Assembly: GCA_965248755.1 (NCBI GenBank)
Contig: OZ252149.1
Coordinates: 384,001-448,000, forward strand
Direction of reading: 5' to 3'
DNA length: 64,000 nucleotides
From: Candidatus Latescibacterota bacterium
GTDB lineage: Bacteria; Latescibacterota; CBDEFO01
A program made the translations under genes and the position numbers. Below the pieces are notes generated by a model, which ran no database searches, had not been told where the DNA came from, and worked only from the letters and a program-made list of their open reading frames with translations. Within the stretch, counting starts at the first letter, position 1; the number at the start of each line of letters is the position of its first letter. Shown in pieces: positions 60,532-64,000 of the stretch.

Positions 60532-61641
60532 TCATACAGTGGGTGAGGCGCCCTGTCTACCACCGATTGAACTCCCAATTGAATCTATTGGGGGTCGAGG
60601 CCTACTGTCTTCTGTTTTTGCCCAGTTCCTTAACACCACATTGTAATTTCCCCTTGCGATTCCCTTCTCAGAGATGATAGCCGACACATAAGAATACGGA
60701 GTCACATCGAAAGCCGGGCTGTAGACCTTGACGTCAAAAGGAGCTGTCCTCTTTCCGAAGCCCTCCGTCACCTCCTGCGGATTTCTCTCTTCGATAGGGA
60801 TCTGATCCCCGCACTCTATATCCACGTCCAGCGTGGAAAGGGGGGCCGCCACGTAAAACGGTATGCCGTGTACTTTGGCCAGCACCGCCACAGAATAAGT
60901 ACCTATTTTGTTTGCCACGTCCCCGTTTGAGGCTATCCTATCTGCCCCCACGACCACACAGTCCACCATTTTGCTCTTCATCACAGATCCTACCATGCTG
61001 TCACATATGAGCGTCACGTCCACGCCACTTTCCATCAATTCCCACGCCGTCAGTCTTGCTCCCTGCAGGAGAGGTCTCGTCTCATCTGCAAAGACCCGGA
61101 TTGTCTTTCCCTGCTCTACGGCCGTGTATATCACAGAAAGAGCAGTCCCAGCACCTGCAGTAGCCAGAGATCCAGCGTTGCAGTGAGTCAAAACTGAATT
61201 ATTATCCTTTAAGAGTCTGGAGCCGTTTTCTCCGATCTTCCTGCAGGTTTCCCTATCCTCGATATAGATAGAATTGGCCTCATTCAGAAGAGCGTCTCTG
61301 ACTGTCCGCACGTCCTCCTGCTCGACCCTTTTCAACACATTTTTCATCCTCTCCAAGGCCCAGAAGAGATTCCGGGCCGTGGGCCTTGTCTTTTCCAGAC
61401 GCTCAATTGCCATCTTTATCCTCTCAACGCCGCCGCTCTCCCTCTGTGCTTCGATCGCCCCTATCACTGTGCCGTAGGCCGCAGCCACGCCTATTGCAGG
61501 CGCACCTCTTACAGAGAGGACCTCAATTGCCCTTGCCACTGTCTCCACATCCCTGCAATCTATATATACCACTTCGTTCGGGAGCCTGGTCTGATCTATC
61601 AGCCTCAAGGCATCGCCGATCCACTCTAAGGTCTTTACCAT
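60532..61641 (-). CDS. mtnA: S-methyl-5-thioribose-1-phosphate isomerase
   Basis: VRGAPAIG, RPTA.NL, THCNAG.LAT, DETRPLLQGARLT, NKIGT, FDVTP. Confidence 0.96.
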   Translation of the reverse strand: MVKTLEWIGDALRLIDQTRLPNEVVYIDCRDVETVARAIEVLSVRGAPAIGVAAAYGTVIGAIEAQRESGGVERIKMAIERLEKTRPTARNLFWALERMKNVLKRVEQEDVRTVRDALLNEANSIYIEDRETCRKIGENGSRLLKDNNSVLTHCNAGSLATAGAGTALSVIYTAVEQGKTIRVFADETRPLLQGARLTAWELMESGVDVTLICDSMVGSVMKSKMVDCVVVGADRIASNGDVANKIGTYSVAVLAKVHGIPFYVAAPLSTLDVDIECGDQIPIEERNPQEVTEGFGKRTAPFDVKVYSPAFDVTPYSYVSAIISEKGIARGNYNVVLRNWAKTEDSRPRPPIDSIGSSIGGRQGASPTV

Positions 61642-61659
61642 AAACCCACGTCCGTGCCT

Positions 61660-62571
61660 CTATGACACTTCTTCAAAATAGGTAATCCGCTTAAATTCCC
61701 TGAATCTCTCTTTTATCTCTTCATCCTTTAAGTCCTTCAGCCTCTCAAAGCTGAACCTCTCCACGTTGAAAGATGCCATCACGCTCCCATAGACCATTGC
61801 CCTCCTTAAATTCATCTCGCTCAAATCTTCAGAACTTGCAAGGTATCCCATTAATCCCCCCGCAAACGAATCCCCCGCTCCTGTCGGATCAAATACCAAC
61901 TCCGTCGGAAACGCGGGAATCGCAAAAAAGGAATCCTTTGAGACCATGATCGCCCCATGCTCCCCCTTCTTTACTATCACTACATCTGGCCCAATATCCA
62001 GAAACCTCCGAGAAGCCTTAAGAAGATCCGGCTCTGCTGCAAGTTCCCTTACCTCCGAGTCGTTCATTATCACAACATCCGCCTTCCCCAGCACCTTCAA
62101 AAGTTGGTCTTTTTTTCCCTCTATCCAGAAGTTCATAGTATCGCACGCCACGAGCTTGGGCCGGCTTACCTGCTTTAGAACGTCCAGTTGAAGCTCAGGG
62201 TCTATATTCGCCAGAAAAACATACTCAGAGTCTCTGTAGCTTTCGAGGATCTTCGGCCGAAAAGATGCAAATACATTAAGATGCGTCTCTATAGTCTCCC
62301 TTTCATTCAGATCATATCCATACCGACCCGACCATCTGAACGTATCCCCATCTGAAACGTGAAGCCCGTCTAAATTCACATTCCTGTTCCTTAGAAAATC
62401 CACGCTCTCCACGGAAAAATCGTTCCCTACGACACCGACCACCTTAACACTGCAAAAATAGCTGGCAGCGGCCGAAAAATAGAGAGCAGATCCCCCAGGA
62501 GCATCTTTCACCCTACCGAACGGTGTTTCCACCGTATCCAAAGCTACCGATCCGACTACTAAAAGACTCAT
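61660..62571 (-). CDS. PfkB family carbohydrate/nucleoside kinase
   Basis: MSLLVVGSVA.D, GGSA, DPTGAGDSFAGG. Confidence 0.92.
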   Translation of the reverse strand: MSLLVVGSVALDTVETPFGRVKDAPGGSALYFSAAASYFCSVKVVGVVGNDFSVESVDFLRNRNVNLDGLHVSDGDTFRWSGRYGYDLNERETIETHLNVFASFRPKILESYRDSEYVFLANIDPELQLDVLKQVSRPKLVACDTMNFWIEGKKDQLLKVLGKADVVIMNDSEVRELAAEPDLLKASRRFLDIGPDVVIVKKGEHGAIMVSKDSFFAIPAFPTELVFDPTGAGDSFAGGLMGYLASSEDLSEMNLRRAMVYGSVMASFNVERFSFERLKDLKDEEIKERFREFKRITYFEEVS

Positions 62572-62617
62572 AAAGAACCCTACTATGGTGCCGAAAAAAG
62601 AAGAGGCCGTTACCGAT

Positions 62618-63007
62618 TCAACAAAATGCCGTCTTTTCACTATCCATCACCTTCTCGCCATCATCTATCCGCTCTATCTGTGCGTCGCCCCACAGCCTTT
62701 CCAAAGCGTAAAACTGTCGCGCTTGTCGACCGAATATGTGAACCACCACGTTCACAAAATCTATCAAAACCCACCTTAGATTGGAGTAGCCCTCGACGTA
62801 CCACGGCCTTTCGCCCGCCTTCTTTATCCCCTCTATAAGGCTGTCCGTCAGTGTCCTTATGTGAACGTCCGAATTCCCAGTACATATCACAAAATAATCT
62901 GTAGTATCTGTCACATCCCTTAGATCCATAATCACTATATCTTCAGCGCCCTTAGACCTTGCTAATTCCACCAGAACGTCCAAAACATCCAGCGTATTGA
63001 GTCCCAA
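62618..63007 (-). CDS. rsfS: Ribosome silencing factor
   Basis: K.AEDI, DYFVICTG.S, WVLIDF..VVVHIF, R.FYALERLW. Confidence 0.95.
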   Translation of the reverse strand: MGLNTLDVLDVLVELARSKGAEDIVIMDLRDVTDTTDYFVICTGNSDVHIRTLTDSLIEGIKKAGERPWYVEGYSNLRWVLIDFVNVVVHIFGRQARQFYALERLWGDAQIERIDDGEKVMDSEKTAFC

Positions 63008-63039
63008 AAAATCACCTCCATAATATAATGGATGTCCCG

Positions 63040-63510
63040 TTAATCAGACAGATCTATCAAAAGTTTTCTGTAATCCTTGCCCACCACAACAGACACCTCC
63101 ACCACTTTGTAGCGATCCGGGTCTATCTGCTGAATCCAATTTTTTGTCCCTAACGCCCTTGCGGCCCTTTCAGCGCTTTTTATCGATCCCGTTCTATCTA
63201 CCACAATAGTCTCGGGGAAATCGAAGCTTCGAGCGTTAGCCACACTTACGACATCGAACCCCTCAAGTCTTAAGAAATCACCAATCTTCCTCCCTATTCC
63301 ATTCGTGCCGCATCCGTTCAGAACCTCCAAGCGGATGACCTGAGAGCCACTATGCTCCCACGCAAGCGTCCCATCTTTTCCCCTTTGCGATATTCCGATA
63401 GATAAGACACATATCACCGCAAGAAGGACTAGAACCGACCGTACAAGGAGTCTTGAGACTTTTTCCCCTTTCCTTTCTATGCCCTTGAGACATACTGAAA
63501 GAACCTTCAT
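63040..63510 (-). CDS. LytR C-terminal domain-containing protein
   Basis: TM anchor; EVLNGCG..G, GF.V, V.VVVGKDY. Confidence 0.85.
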   Translation of the reverse strand: MKVLSVCLKGIERKGEKVSRLLVRSVLVLLAVICVLSIGISQRGKDGTLAWEHSGSQVIRLEVLNGCGTNGIGRKIGDFLRLEGFDVVSVANARSFDFPETIVVDRTGSIKSAERAARALGTKNWIQQIDPDRYKVVEVSVVVGKDYRKLLIDLSD

Positions 63511-63621
63511 CCCACCGACAAGAAAAGGGACAAGCGCAAAAAATGCGTAAGTCCCTTGTAGAAAAACTCCTAACTTACCAAATCCAACTTAAAGTCCCAG
63601 TCAATCTTCGCTCCGCTCCTT

Positions 63622-64000
63622 TCAGCGATCCAAAAGATCGTCCCTGTAATATCTCCCCGGAAGATTGCTGTACTCCATCCTGATACTAAAATAGCTCGTC
63701 GGTCTGTATTCAAACCCCATCCTTGGAATCACTATCTTTCCCTCATTTGATCCCGATAGCCGATTGAAGAGCGATCCTGAACCGTAGAGAAAGCCAACGT
63801 CCATTTTGAATGAAAGAGAATTAGATGCTTTGTACTCCATCTTATTCAGATATATCCCCTCCATCCCGGTGGATCCGCTACCCGAATAAAAACCCATGCT
63901 GTAGCTTTGCGACCTAGACAGCCTCTCCGGGTCCAGCAACCCCTTTAGTCCACCCAGGGTCTTCCCCACCCTGTCAAGATTGATCCCAGGAGTACTTTCC
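63622..64000 (-). CDS. Hypothetical protein (5' end probably outside the window)
   Basis: LLDPERL..SQSYSM...FEYRPT beta-rich ORF near the window edge. Confidence 0.55.
   Translation of the reverse strand, partial: ESTPGINLDRVGKTLGGLKGLLDPERLSRSQSYSMGFYSGSGSTGMEGIYLNKMEYKASNSLSFKMDVGFLYGSGSLFNRLSGSNEGKIVIPRMGFEYRPTSYFSIRMEYSNLPGRYYRDDLLDR

Overview
64 kb of a diderm bacterial chromosome (outer-membrane proteins, lgt, MltD). Gene content suggests an anaerobe or facultative anaerobe, probably an uncultured FCB-group lineage (inference only). The left part (0.4-24 kb, mostly + strand) is accessory-rich. It has dksA-like, MFS-HEAT, DUF4398-cyclophilin, panE-like and nadD-like genes, an AT-rich HEPN/toxin-antitoxin islet, a frameshifted cupin and an Ldh2 dehydrogenase. 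It also has a ~12 kb Fe-S/B12 locus: two cobalamin radical-SAM genes, a PlsR/PlsA (Ger)-like dehydratase + double-ATPase activase pair, and five small accessory genes. This locus is the best candidate for an undescribed ether-lipid synthesis/modification system. The right part (24.5-64 kb, - strand) is mostly housekeeping: dnaB, udg, coaBC, rpoZ, gmk, yicC, argF, hslUV, xerC, topA, nth, lgt, rodA, mrdA, mreD, mltD, mtnA, rsfS. It is interrupted by a tandem array of four atypical Gfo/Idh/MocA-like oxidoreductases. A dispersed repeat system (CAGTAGA heptamer arms plus a CCCCGATTGAATCTATCGGGG-like palindrome) fills many intergenic gaps and has entered coding sequences, including two lipoprotein signal peptides. 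I found no rRNA, tRNA or CRISPR array. All family calls come from motif recognition by eye, not from database searches.
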